From the NCBI GenBank assembly GCA_041394145.1, contig JAWKIW010000002.1, forward strand, positions 379,252 to 443,251: a stretch of DNA of 64,000 nt, read 5' to 3'. This document shows, one piece after another, positions 51,449-60,826 of the stretch. Every line of letters starts with the position of its first letter. Position 1 is the stretch's first letter. The stretch is from Acidimicrobiales bacterium (GTDB taxonomy: Bacteria; Actinomycetota; Acidimicrobiia; Acidimicrobiales; Acidimicrobilacustridaceae). The notes beneath the pieces are model-generated. The model was not told the origin of the DNA, made no database searches, and saw nothing but the letters and a program-made list of their open reading frames with translations. The position numbers and the translations under genes are program-made.

Positions 51449-52000
51449 TGCTTCTCCTGGGTCGAGGGTGGCGGCAGGGTACCGCCGACCGGCTCACCTG
51501 CCGGTGCGGCCCGGAAGGCGGCGACGGCGGCGCCCACCGAGTCCTGGTAGGCGTCGGCTCCCACCAGCTCGGTGATCCCGAAGCGGTCGAGCTCGGCGCG
51601 GGTGGCCTCGGCGAACAGCGGGCGCTTGGCCGGGATGCCGGGTCGAGGCCACCGGTCACCAGCCGGACGTTGTGCTCCTGCAGAGCGGCGTGGAGCTGCT
51701 TCAGCGTCTCGCTGCCGGTGAAGTCGACGTCGGGCAGGGCGGACAGGTCGAGGCAGATCCAGCGCACGGCGTCGTCGTCGTCGTGTTGACGAATAGCAGC
51801 ACCTCCTCGCCGAACCACTCGGCGTTCGCGTAGTACAGGGATGCGGCGAAGCGGTACACGACGAGGCCGTCGACGGTCCGGGCGTCGGGCGTGGCCGGCT
51901 CGCCCGTGAACCCCCGGCCGCCCGGCTCCGGCTCGAGCACGGCGGTGGGCGGTCGGTAGGAGCGGCGGATGTGGTCGACGATCGAGGCCACGATGGCGAT
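51445..52000 (-). pseudogene. remnant of SulP-family sulfate permease (STAS domain only, frameshifted)
   Basis: LVVYRFAASLYYANAEWFGEEVL / VRWICLDLSALPDVDFTGSETLKQLHAALQEHNVRL / FAEATRAELDRFGITELVGADAYQDSV across three frames. No transmembrane domain upstream. Confidence 0.45.
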
Positions 52001-52207
52001 GACGATGCTGCGGTCGCGGGACGAGGAACTTCGTGCGCGGGAAGACCACGGGCGTGGTCGACGCCGCACCGGTGCCCGCTCCGTCGCCCCGGCTCACGCC
52101 GGGACAGCGTAGGCGCGGCGGTCCCCAGCCGCCGTCGATCGCTCGGGCCGGATCTCGAGCCGGGGTGCCCTGGGGACCGATCCGTGTGTCGCGAACCGGC
52201 CCGCGGC

Positions 52208-54271
52208 TCAGGGCTCGGGCAGCGTCGGAGGCGTCTGGCCGCCGGCGAGCGCGGCCGCCGGCTCCCGGTCGACCTCGTCGTCTTGTGCCGAGCCCTCGTC
52301 GTCGTCATGGCCGTCGCCGAGGGCGGCGCCGTTGCCCGAGCCGTTGCTGCCGTTGGCGTCGACGGCGAGGTTGCGCATGAGCAGGGCGCCGACGCCGCCG
52401 AGGACGCCGGCATCGCCGCCCACCTGGATGTCGGGCACGATCTTCACGTGGCCGGTGCCCACCTCGCGCAGGGCGGCCACCAGCGCGGTCTGCTCGGCGC
52501 CGATGGCGCGGCGCTGGGCGTCGAAGCCCTTCGCCCGGGCCAGGCCCAACGCCTCCTCGGCCGACGCCGACGCCTCACCGAGGGCCTTGGTGCGGGTGGC
52601 CTCGGCGTCGCCGGTGGTGGTGATGACCGCCGCCTCGCCCTCGGCGCGTGCTCGGGCAGCCTGGGCGCGCGAGCGCTCGATGTCGACCGAGACGTTGGCC
52701 TGGGCCAGCTCGGCCTGCATGTCGGCCACGCCGCGCTGCTGCTCGAGGCTCACCCGGGCCTCCTGGGCCTCGCGCTGCTGGGCGAAGGTGGACCGCTCCT
52801 GGGCGGCGATCTCCCGGCTCGTGAGGACCTGTACGAGGTCGGGCGGGAACACCACGTCCTGGATGTAGACACCGCGCGTCTCGACCTCGTAGCGGGACAG
52901 GTACTGCTGGATGTAGCGCTCGGCGGCGTTCTGCACCTCGTCGCGCTTCTCGATGAACTCGGTGGCGCCGAGGGTCTGCAGCTTGTTGCGGAAGTAGTTG
53001 CCGACGGCGGACTGCAGCACCTCGTTGACCAGGTTCTGCATGGTGCCGACCATGCTGATCACCTTGGGCGCCCGGGTGTCGGGCACGTGGATCTGCACCT
53101 GCAGGTCGATGCTGAAGTTGAACGCCTCCTTCGACTTGGCGTCGATCGGTGCGAGGCGGGCGTCGAGGCTGTGGGCCTCGCTGGTGACGTGGGACCAGTT
53201 GAGGGTCAGGATCGAGGTGGGCACGATCTCGGCCTCGTAGATGCGCGGGTTCAGCGTGTACTTGCCGGTGCGCAGCGGCTCGGACCAGATGCCCTGGTGG
53301 CCGGGCTTGACGATCGAGCCGAACTTGAACTCCTCGCCGGAGGTGTCCTCGGTGGGCAGGCCCACATAGGACTTGATGACCGCCACCTCGCCCTGGCGCA
53401 CCACGAGCATCTCGCGCAGCTCGACCTTCACCAGGAACGGGTTGAGCAGGTACGAGCCGTACAGCAACGGGTCGTGCTGGAGGCCGATGCAGCCGCCGGC
53501 CTCCAGGAACGCCTGGTAGTCCTGGTAGTTGTCGTGCAGGTCGTTCTTGGCCCGCAGCACCGCCTGGATCACCTGGGTGGGTGAGCCGCCGCCCGACTGC
53601 TCCATGGCGGTGACGTCGTCGAAGCCGCCGATGCGGCTGGCGATGTCGCCCGACGGGGGTCCCTCCAGCGTGGTGACCACGCCGACGATGTCCCGGTCAC
53701 CTTGCGGCGTGATGTGCACGACGCGCAGGACGGCGGGGTCGACCTGGCGGATGGCCGCCTGGGTGGCGTCGGAGACGACCTTGCCGAAGGTCGACTCGCT
53801 GGTGAGCACGACGAAGCCGACCGGGTGGATCGGCGCGGTGGTGCCCGGCGGCAGCACCGGGCGCTGCACGCCCCGCTGGCCCCCGTTGGCGAGGAAGGCG
53901 CGGACGTCGGCGAAGCTGCCGAACTCCGGGCGGTACTGGGCCGACTTGGCGCCCGTGGGCAGCGCCGCACCGACCTGGGCGATCACCAGCCCGACGTGGT
54001 CGGGGGGCACCTGCACCCAGTCGAAGCGCTGCACGCGGAACAGCGGCCACAGCTTGAAGCGCAGCCCCGGCATGAGCAGGTCGGCCTGGTAGCCGGCCTC
54101 GCCGTGCATGGCGATGAGCTGGTCGCCCTTGAGCTTCTTGCCGACCCGCTTGGTGACGAGCCCCACCTCGGCAGGCCCGATCGAGTGGAGGCTGCGCAGG
54201 AACAGCAGCACGATCACCGCGGCGACCGCGGCGATCACGATCAACGTGACGCCGATCTGGTCGAAGGACAT
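52208..54271 (-). CDS. SPFH/band-7 flotillin-like protein (YqiK/FloT family)
   Basis: N-terminal TM region, then SPFH domain and a long Ala/Glu/Gln coiled-coil (REAQEARVSLEQQRGVADMQAELAQANVSVDIERSRAQAARARAEGEAA). Confidence 0.85.
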   Translation of the reverse strand: MSFDQIGVTLIVIAAVAAVIVLLFLRSLHSIGPAEVGLVTKRVGKKLKGDQLIAMHGEAGYQADLLMPGLRFKLWPLFRVQRFDWVQVPPDHVGLVIAQVGAALPTGAKSAQYRPEFGSFADVRAFLANGGQRGVQRPVLPPGTTAPIHPVGFVVLTSESTFGKVVSDATQAAIRQVDPAVLRVVHITPQGDRDIVGVVTTLEGPPSGDIASRIGGFDDVTAMEQSGGGSPTQVIQAVLRAKNDLHDNYQDYQAFLEAGGCIGLQHDPLLYGSYLLNPFLVKVELREMLVVRQGEVAVIKSYVGLPTEDTSGEEFKFGSIVKPGHQGIWSEPLRTGKYTLNPRIYEAEIVPTSILTLNWSHVTSEAHSLDARLAPIDAKSKEAFNFSIDLQVQIHVPDTRAPKVISMVGTMQNLVNEVLQSAVGNYFRNKLQTLGATEFIEKRDEVQNAAERYIQQYLSRYEVETRGVYIQDVVFPPDLVQVLTSREIAAQERSTFAQQREAQEARVSLEQQRGVADMQAELAQANVSVDIERSRAQAARARAEGEAAVITTTGDAEATRTKALGEASASAEEALGLARAKGFDAQRRAIGAEQTALVAALREVGTGHVKIVPDIQVGGDAGVLGGVGALLMRNLAVDANGSNGSGNGAALGDGHDDDEGSAQDDEVDREPAAALAGGQTPPTLPEP

Positions 54272-54331
54272 CTCCGCCTCCGTTCTGGGGGCCGACCTGC
54301 CCCCGGCGTGGTCGTCCTGGTCGGCTGGCGG

Positions 54332-55129
54332 TCAGCCGGCGAAGACCTCGACGTCGTCCAACATAACGAAGCCGACGTGCAAATCACCGCGCAGTATCCG
54401 ATCGTCGACCTCGACGTCGGCCCGGCCACCGGGGTAGAGCACCGGCTCGAGGTGCCCGTCGTCGCCGGACCCCGTGGCCGACCCGACGCGGATGAGGGCA
54501 TGCGGCTCGAGCCGCTCACCCTGCCACGTCTGCTCGTCGTAGTCGCGGGTCACGAAGTACCCACCGCGTGGGTTGAAGACGTCGTCGATGACCCGGAAGC
54601 GGCCCGGCTCGACGCCGCGCAGCACCAGGCGGCGGGCGCAGGTGGCCGACGTCTCGCCCTTGACCAGCGCCGCTCGCACGTCGTCCTCTCGGAACAGGCC
54701 GAGGGTGAGGTCGACGCCCGGCGGCACCGCCGTGGTGTCGAGCCGCCGCTCGAGGCGGGTGCGGTGGGCCACCGCACGGGCCGCCTCGGTGCGGCGGAGC
54801 CGGGCCAGGCGCTCCTCTCGCTCCTCGGCGAGGTAGCGCCGGATCTCCTCGTCACCGAACGCCCGGGCCAGCACCGCCCACTGGGCCTCGACCGGCAGCC
54901 GGGCGAACACCGACCGCACGACGCGCTCGCGCTCCTGGTCGGGGATGCGCTCGATGGCGGCGGTGATGGCCGAGGCGTCGGCGGTGTCGTCGGCGACGAC
55001 GCGGGCCACCTCGAGGCGGATCTCGCGGGCGAGGTCGAGGAAGGGGGCCAGCTCGTCGGCCTCGGCGGCCCGCCGCTCGAGCTCGGCTCGATCGGCCCGC
55101 TCCCACCAGCGCTTGCGATCCTCGGCCAC
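54332..55129 (-). CDS. hypothetical protein upstream of flotillin (GTG start chosen; ORF extends to 55369)
   Basis: VAEDRKRWWERADRAELERRAAEADELAPFLDLAREIRLEVARVVADD...GDLHVGFVMLDDVEVFAG. Coding-like composition. Helical N-terminal half. Confidence 0.45.
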   Translation of the reverse strand: MAEDRKRWWERADRAELERRAAEADELAPFLDLAREIRLEVARVVADDTADASAITAAIERIPDQERERVVRSVFARLPVEAQWAVLARAFGDEEIRRYLAEEREERLARLRRTEAARAVAHRTRLERRLDTTAVPPGVDLTLGLFREDDVRAALVKGETSATCARRLVLRGVEPGRFRVIDDVFNPRGGYFVTRDYDEQTWQGERLEPHALIRVGSATGSGDDGHLEPVLYPGGRADVEVDDRILRGDLHVGFVMLDDVEVFAG

Positions 55130-55251
55130 GTCGCCATGATGCCAGCCCCACCGGGGGTCCCGGTCGTGGCGACGGCAGCGGTGGTCGGACCGCCCGGGCG
55201 CGGACGTGCCGCCGGAGGGCCGGCGGCACGTCGACGGGGTGGGGTCCGAGC

Positions 55252-55578
55252 TCAGCGGCGGGTGACCGTGTGGGCGGCCCTGCTCGCTGCGGCGGCGCCG
55301 GGGACCTTCGGGCCCTTGGGGCCGGTGGGCTGGGAGACGAGATCGGTGGTCACGGTGCCGAAGTGCCACTCGCCGTCGGAGCCGCAGTGGAAGAGGCCGA
55401 CCTGGGTGCCGACCGGCACGTAGGAGACCTTGCCGTTGGCGTCCTCGACGGCGCAGCCCTGGCCGGGCTTGCCGGCGGGGCCGTTGTTGGGCTCGGCCGA
55501 CACGGCGTGGCCACCGAGGGCGGCGACGGGGGCGGCGAACAGGACGAGGGAGGCGATGGCGGTGCGGAAGGGCTTCAT
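55252..55578 (-). CDS. small secreted protein
   Basis: MKPFRTAIASLVLFAAPVAALGGHAVSAEP signal peptide. Four Cys. Confidence 0.55.
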   Translation of the reverse strand: MKPFRTAIASLVLFAAPVAALGGHAVSAEPNNGPAGKPGQGCAVEDANGKVSYVPVGTQVGLFHCGSDGEWHFGTVTTDLVSQPTGPKGPKVPGAAAASRAAHTVTRR

Positions 55579-55811
55579 GGCGGGCTCCTGGGTGCTGGCC
55601 CCTCGGGGCCGGTGGTGTGTGGTCGGACGTCCTGACCGCCCTGGGAGCCCGCGCTTACGCGGAGCCGCAGGATTTCTCGCTGGCGCCGTCCGGGCTCCCG
55701 GACCGGGTGGGGGACCGACCTCGCTGCACGACTGGCGTCGGGGCGGTCGCGTCCGGTGGCGGCGCCCCGGTAGCCTCGGTCCTGTTCGGCCGGCGAGCAG
55801 AGGTGATCGGG

Positions 55812-56357
55812 ATGCGCAGGGTGGTCGTGGCGGGCGTGCTGGGCGCGGTGGCCCTGGTGGGCGCCGTGGGCTGCAGCAAGGACGAGCAGGCGTCGGACGC
55901 CACCACGTCGACGTCGGCGCCCACCGAGGTGTCGGCCCCGGCCGAGCCGGGCACGACGGCCAAGGCCCCGGCGAGCTCGGTCACCACCGCCAAGGCGACC
56001 TCCACCACCAGGCCGACGTCGTCGTCGAGCTCGTCGTCGTCGAGCTCGTCGTCCTCGAGCTCGTCGTCGTCGAGCACCTCGTCGTCGGTGCTGGCATCGG
56101 TGAGCTGCGGTCAGATCGCCTTCACGCCCCAGTCGGGCAACATGGCGACCAACATCTCGGGCTCGGGCGTCACCTGTCAGGAGGCGACCGACCTGGTCCG
56201 CCAGGTGGCGGCCGGTCACGACTTCTACAACGGCCCCCGGTCGTTCTCGAGGGGCGGGTACTCCTGCACGGAGCAGCTCGATGCCAGCGCGGTGCTCCCC
56301 ACCGGCCTGTACACCTGCACGAACGGCACGAAGAGGGTCTCCTGGGCCAAGGGATGA
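55812..56357 (+). CDS. lipoprotein with 21-residue poly-Ser tract
   Basis: MRRVVVAGVLGAVALVGAVGCSKDEQ lipobox. SSSSSSSSSSSSSSSSSTSSS is encoded by tcgtcgagc-type repeats at 56.02-56.09 kb. C-terminal Cys-rich domain. Confidence 0.65.
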   Translation: MRRVVVAGVLGAVALVGAVGCSKDEQASDATTSTSAPTEVSAPAEPGTTAKAPASSVTTAKATSTTRPTSSSSSSSSSSSSSSSSSSSTSSSVLASVSCGQIAFTPQSGNMATNISGSGVTCQEATDLVRQVAAGHDFYNGPRSFSRGGYSCTEQLDASAVLPTGLYTCTNGTKRVSWAKG

Positions 56358-56410
56358 GGCGACGCCGGGGGATCTTGCGCCCACGTCGCGCCCTGGCCTA
56401 GGACGGCGGG

Positions 56411-57331
56411 ATGGCCCACGACCCGTTGCCGATCCACCCCCGCGCGCCGGGGTGGTTCCGCCAGGCGCTGGAGGTGCCCTTCGAGGACGGCCGGGTCGAG
56501 GTGGCCGGCGCCACCGTGCACTACGTCGCCTGGGGGCCGCCGGACCGGCCCGGGCTGGTGTTCGTCCACGGCGGCGGCGCCCACGCCCACTGGTGGACCC
56601 ACGTGGCCGCCCGCTTCGCCGACGACTTCCGCGTCCTGGCCCTCGACCTGACCGGCCACGGCGACAGCGACCACCGCGACGTCTACGACTTCGGGCAGTG
56701 GACCGAGGAGGTGGTGGCGGTGGCCGCAGCCGGGCGGATCGAGGGCCCCCCGGTCCTCGTCGGCCACTCGATGGGGGGCTTCGTCACCATCGTGACCGCC
56801 GCCCTGCACGGCGACCGGCTGTCGGGCGTGATCGTGTGCGACTCGCCCGTCACCGAACCCGACCCCGAGGTCGAGTCGTACCGCCTGAAGGAGGCCTTCG
56901 GGCGACCCCGGACCTACGCCTCGGTCGACGAGGCGCTGGCCCGCTTCCGCACGGTCCCGCCCCAGGAGCACTACCTCGACTACGTGATCGACCACGTGGG
57001 CCGCCGATCGCTGCGCCCGGTCGAGGGTGGCTGGCAGTGGAAGTTCGACCGGCGGATCTTCGAGCAGTTCTCCGGCTCCCTGCGCGGCGTCGCCCTGCCC
57101 TACCTGCCCGAGGTGCGCTGCCGGCTCGCGCTGCTGCGCTCCGAGTGCGGCCTGGTCACCCCCGACATCGGCGCGTCGATGTACGAGGCGATGGGACGGG
57201 TGACGCCGATCATCGAGATCCCCGAGGCCGGCCACCACGCCATGCTGGACCAGCCTCAGGTGCTGCTGACCGCGCTGCGGGCCTTCCTCGCCGACTGGGC
57301 CCACTCGACGCCGGTGCGGGCGCGTCGCTGA
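56411..57331 (+). CDS. alpha/beta hydrolase
   Basis: GHSMGG nucleophile elbow. Asp/His later (IPEAGHHAMLDQP). Confidence 0.85.
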   Translation: MAHDPLPIHPRAPGWFRQALEVPFEDGRVEVAGATVHYVAWGPPDRPGLVFVHGGGAHAHWWTHVAARFADDFRVLALDLTGHGDSDHRDVYDFGQWTEEVVAVAAAGRIEGPPVLVGHSMGGFVTIVTAALHGDRLSGVIVCDSPVTEPDPEVESYRLKEAFGRPRTYASVDEALARFRTVPPQEHYLDYVIDHVGRRSLRPVEGGWQWKFDRRIFEQFSGSLRGVALPYLPEVRCRLALLRSECGLVTPDIGASMYEAMGRVTPIIEIPEAGHHAMLDQPQVLLTALRAFLADWAHSTPVRARR

Positions 57332-57394
57332 CGTCGACGCCGTCGAGCTCCCCGACCCCCGGGTACGGTGACGGCCGCACCGGGAGGGGACAGC

Positions 57395-58174
57395 ATGGGC
57401 ACCATCGCCATCACGGGCTCGGCCAGCGGCATCGGTCGGGCGACCAGGGAGCGGCTCGAGGCCGACGGCCACCGGGTCATCGGGGTCGACCTGCACGACG
57501 CCGAGGTCATCGCCGACCTCGCCACGCCCGAAGGCCGTGACGCGATGGTCGCCGGGGTCACCGAGGTCAGCGGTGGCGTGCTCGACGGGCTCGTGGCGGG
57601 CGCGGGGGTGAGCGGCGTGCCCGGGCCGCTGGTGGCGTCGATCAACTACTTCGGGGCGGTGGCGACGCTGGAGGGGCTCCGCCCGCTGCTGGCCGCGGGC
57701 ACCGACACCTCGGCGGTGGCCATCTCGTCGAACTCGACGTCCACCCAGTCCGGCGTGGACCTCGCCGTCGAAGCGGCGTGCGAGGCGGGCGACGAGGCCG
57801 AGGCCCGGCGGTTGGCCGAGGCCGACGACACCGGTGTGACGGTCTACCCGGCCACCAAGATGGCGCTCGCCCACTGGGTGCGACGACGGGCCGTCACCGA
57901 CGACTGGATCGGCACCGGCATCCGGCTCAACGCCATCGCCCCCGGCTTCATCGACACGGCCATGACGGCGGGGCTGCGCGACATGGTCTTCGAGCTGGGC
58001 GACGTGTACCCGATCCCGATCGACCGGATGGGGCGGGCCGACGAGGTGGCGGGCCTGCTCGCCTACCTGCTGGGCCCGGAGGCCGGGTTCTTCGTCGGCT
58101 CGGTCGTGTACATGGACGGCGGCACCGACGCCGCCGTGCGGGCCGACGACTGGCCGAGCCCCCGCCCGGACTGA
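57395..58174 (+). CDS. SDR-family oxidoreductase (alt. GTG start 57368)
   Basis: TGSASGIGRAT cofactor-binding motif. YxxxK region (YPATKMALAHWV). Confidence 0.8.
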   Translation: MGTIAITGSASGIGRATRERLEADGHRVIGVDLHDAEVIADLATPEGRDAMVAGVTEVSGGVLDGLVAGAGVSGVPGPLVASINYFGAVATLEGLRPLLAAGTDTSAVAISSNSTSTQSGVDLAVEAACEAGDEAEARRLAEADDTGVTVYPATKMALAHWVRRRAVTDDWIGTGIRLNAIAPGFIDTAMTAGLRDMVFELGDVYPIPIDRMGRADEVAGLLAYLLGPEAGFFVGSVVYMDGGTDAAVRADDWPSPRPD

Positions 58175-58196
58175 GCCGTCATCGCTCCCGCCGTGC

Positions 58197-58754
58197 TCAC
58201 CGGACCGTCAGCTTGGCGACGCGGTCGCCGGGACGGACGGTGCCGGCCACCACGACCTTGGCGTTCACGCCACGCAGGTTCAGCTCGCGGCCGACCTCGG
58301 AGTTGACGAAGCGCATCGCCGCGGCACCGACGCGCCGGCGGAACTTGGCGCAGCCCCGGTGGGGGCGGTCGGTGATCTCGATGACCGCCTCGCCGACCGC
58401 GAGCCGGGTGCCCGGCGGGAGGTTGGCGGTGCTCAGGTCGAGGTCGAGGTGGAGCTGATCGCCCGCCAGGGCCCGCCGGTCGGGGTCGGGCGACACCGCG
58501 GCCGCCGCCCGGGCGTTGATCACGTTGAGCTGCATGTCCGGATGGGGGCTCCCATCCGCGGTGTGCCGGCTGCCCCGGGTGGACCAGCTGTCGCCGACGA
58601 GCCCCTCGTCGACCGACAGCAGGCCGACCTCGAGCACCTCCCGCTCGCCGACGGTGGGGCGGCGCACGACGAGTGCCACGACACCGGCGTCGCTCGGCGA
58701 GCGGCGGATGGGGTCGAGGGCCGTCTGGAGCTCGGTTGCGGTCGGATGGGTCAC
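58197..58754 (-). CDS. MOSC domain protein (YiiM-like)
   Basis: GDSWSTRGSRHTADGSPHPDMQLNVINA...GEAVIEITDRPHRGCAKFRRRVG. Confidence 0.7.
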   Translation of the reverse strand: MTHPTATELQTALDPIRRSPSDAGVVALVVRRPTVGEREVLEVGLLSVDEGLVGDSWSTRGSRHTADGSPHPDMQLNVINARAAAAVSPDPDRRALAGDQLHLDLDLSTANLPPGTRLAVGEAVIEITDRPHRGCAKFRRRVGAAAMRFVNSEVGRELNLRGVNAKVVVAGTVRPGDRVAKLTVR

Positions 58755-58805
58755 GGCTGCATCCTCGCCGGCCGGGACCGGTGCGCCCAGCGGGTTTCGG
58801 CCCGG

Positions 58806-58900
58806 CCGGCGGTCCCGTGGCCGTCCCGTGCCCGTCCCGTGCCCGTCCCGTGGCCGTCCGTGGCGGTCCCGTGGCCGTCCCGTGGCCGTCGGGCTCGGCG
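58806..58900. repeat. tandem array of ~8 x 11-bp units (GTCCCGTGGCC variants) in divergent intergenic region
   Basis: ggtcccgtggcc gtcccgtgccc gtcccgtgccc gtcccgtggcc gtccgtggcg gtcccgtggcc gtcccgtggcc, between MOSC (-) and the membrane protein (+). Confidence 0.7.
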
Positions 58901-58953
58901 CGCACGGTGCTCGGTGCGCCCGCCGTCGACCGGCGGCCTCCTAGCCTCTGGCC

Positions 58954-60771
58954 GTGACCGACGCCCGGCTGCGCCGCCTCGACCAGGTCGCCGGCTGGGC
59001 GGCGGTGGTCCTCGTCGCCGTGCCGTTCGTCGCCAACGCGGTGGTGGCCGCCGGGCTGGAGTGGCACCCGGCGTCGGACCGGGCGGTGATCCTCGCCCGC
59101 ATCACCGACGTCCTCGGCGGCGACCGCCCGCTGGTCGGGGCGTACTCGCGGTTCCGCTTCAACCACCCGGGTCCGCTCGGCTCGTACCTGCTGGCCCCGG
59201 CGTGGGCCCTGCGCTCGACGCCGGGGTCGGTGCTGGCCGCGTGTGCGCTGCTCAACGGGGCGGCCGTCCTCGGCGCTGTTGCGCTCACCCGCCGACGAGC
59301 GGGAAGCCTCGCCGCCGTGGGGATGGCTGCGACGTTGCTGCTCGTCGCCCGGTCGATGGGCCCCGTGCTGCTGCGCGACCCGTGGAACCCGTGGCTGCCG
59401 GTGCTGCCGTTCGCCCTGTTCCTCGTGGCCGCGTGGGCCATGGCCACGGGTTCGCGCTGGGCCCTCCCGGTGGCCGTCGGCGCCGGCTCCTTCGTGGTGC
59501 AGGAGCACATCGGCAGCGCGGCGGTGCTCGCCGCCGTGGGGCTGTGGGGCGCCGCCGCCCTGGCGGCGGTCGCCTGGCGGGAGCGCCCGGCGACCGCGGC
59601 GCGGCCCTGGCTGCGGCCGGTGCTGGTGGGCTCGCTCACCGCCGTGGTGGTCCTCGTGGCCTGGGCTCCACCCGTGCGTCAGCAGGTCACGGCGTCGCCG
59701 GGAGAGGGCAACCTGTCCCGGCTGGTGAGCCACTTCCGCGACGGTGGTGACGACGCCGTCGGCACGACCACGGCCGGTCTCGGCACGGCGCTGGCGATCG
59801 TCGGTCGGCAGGTGCGCCCGCTCGGGCCCTGGCTCGTCGCCGACGAGCCCGTGAACCTGTTCACCGGCGAGGTGGAGCCGCTCTCGCCCTGGTGGGTCGG
59901 CCTCTTCGTCGCCGCGGTCGCCGGCGCCGCGGCCCTGCGGGTTCGACGTCGCCGCGGGCGCGATCCCGCGGTGCTGCTCGCCGTCACCGTGCTCGTGGGG
60001 GCGGCCGCCGGCGTCCTGGCCGTCGCCCGCGTCGAGGACGGCGTCTTCCCCTACCTCATCCGGTGGTGGTGGGTGCTCGCCGCCATGGGGTGGTTCGTGG
60101 TGGCCTGGGTCGTCGGCGGGCTGCTCCTGGAGCTCGTCGGGCGCGATCGACCCGCACCGGCCAGGGCAGTCCTCACCGCCATCGCCGGGTCCGTCCTCGT
60201 GGGTCTGGTCGCGGTCACGAGCGTGCAGGCCGCCGACCGGTCGGTGCCCGATCCCGACCAGAGCCGGGCCCTGGCTGCGCTGGTGGGCCCCGTGCGCGCC
60301 GCCATGGCTCCCGGGGCGGCGGTGCGGGTCACCTCGGCCGGCCAGGACAGCGGATCCTCGAGGCCGGGCTGGCCTTCGACCTCGAGCAGGCGGGCAGCCC
60401 GCTGGCCGCCCCCGCCGACCAGGCCTACATCTGGGGACCGGTGCGCCGGTCGCGACGAGCCACCACCCGATCGACGGCTGATCGTCGCCACCGGCCCGGG
60501 AACGCTGGCGGCGCCAGCACCGCCGGGGTACGAGGTGCTGGCCACCTACGACTCCCTGCCGGCGAGCGAGCGGGCCGAGGCCGAGGTGCTGCGGGTCGAG
60601 GTCGACGCCGCGGTGGCGGTGGCCGAGGCGCGCGGCGACACCGCCTGGGGGCTCGCCGGCGACGCCGATCGACTCGGCATCCCCGAGGAGCGCCTCGCCC
60701 GCCTCGCCGACCTCACCCGGCGCTCGACCGAGGCCGTCGTCTACCGAGCGCGCGCCGAGGCTCCCGGCTGA
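58954..60771 (+). CDS. polytopic membrane protein (hypothetical); apparent frameshifts ~60.33-60.48 kb
   Basis: >=10 hydrophobic helices. C-terminal soluble region ...EVLATYDSLPASERAEAEVLRVEVDAAVAVAEARGD. An alternative frame carries ILEAGLAFDLEQAGSPLAAPADQAYIWGPV. Confidence 0.6.
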   Translation: MTDARLRRLDQVAGWAAVVLVAVPFVANAVVAAGLEWHPASDRAVILARITDVLGGDRPLVGAYSRFRFNHPGPLGSYLLAPAWALRSTPGSVLAACALLNGAAVLGAVALTRRRAGSLAAVGMAATLLLVARSMGPVLLRDPWNPWLPVLPFALFLVAAWAMATGSRWALPVAVGAGSFVVQEHIGSAAVLAAVGLWGAAALAAVAWRERPATAARPWLRPVLVGSLTAVVVLVAWAPPVRQQVTASPGEGNLSRLVSHFRDGGDDAVGTTTAGLGTALAIVGRQVRPLGPWLVADEPVNLFTGEVEPLSPWWVGLFVAAVAGAAALRVRRRRGRDPAVLLAVTVLVGAAAGVLAVARVEDGVFPYLIRWWWVLAAMGWFVVAWVVGGLLLELVGRDRPAPARAVLTAIAGSVLVGLVAVTSVQAADRSVPDPDQSRALAALVGPVRAAMAPGAAVRVTSAGQDSGSSRPGWPSTSSRRAARWPPPPTRPTSGDRCAGRDEPPPDRRLIVATGPGTLAAPAPPGYEVLATYDSLPASERAEAEVLRVEVDAAVAVAEARGDTAWGLAGDADRLGIPEERLARLADLTRRSTEAVVYRARAEAPG

Positions 60772-60826
60772 CCACGGGGGGTGAGCGGGGGCGGCGCCGG
60801 GCTCAAGGCGGGCGACCGCACCGCCG

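Noticed and set aside
58806-58900. Possible CRISPR array
   Set aside because: Units are 11 bp with no spacers, and no cas genes nearby. It is a simple tandem repeat.
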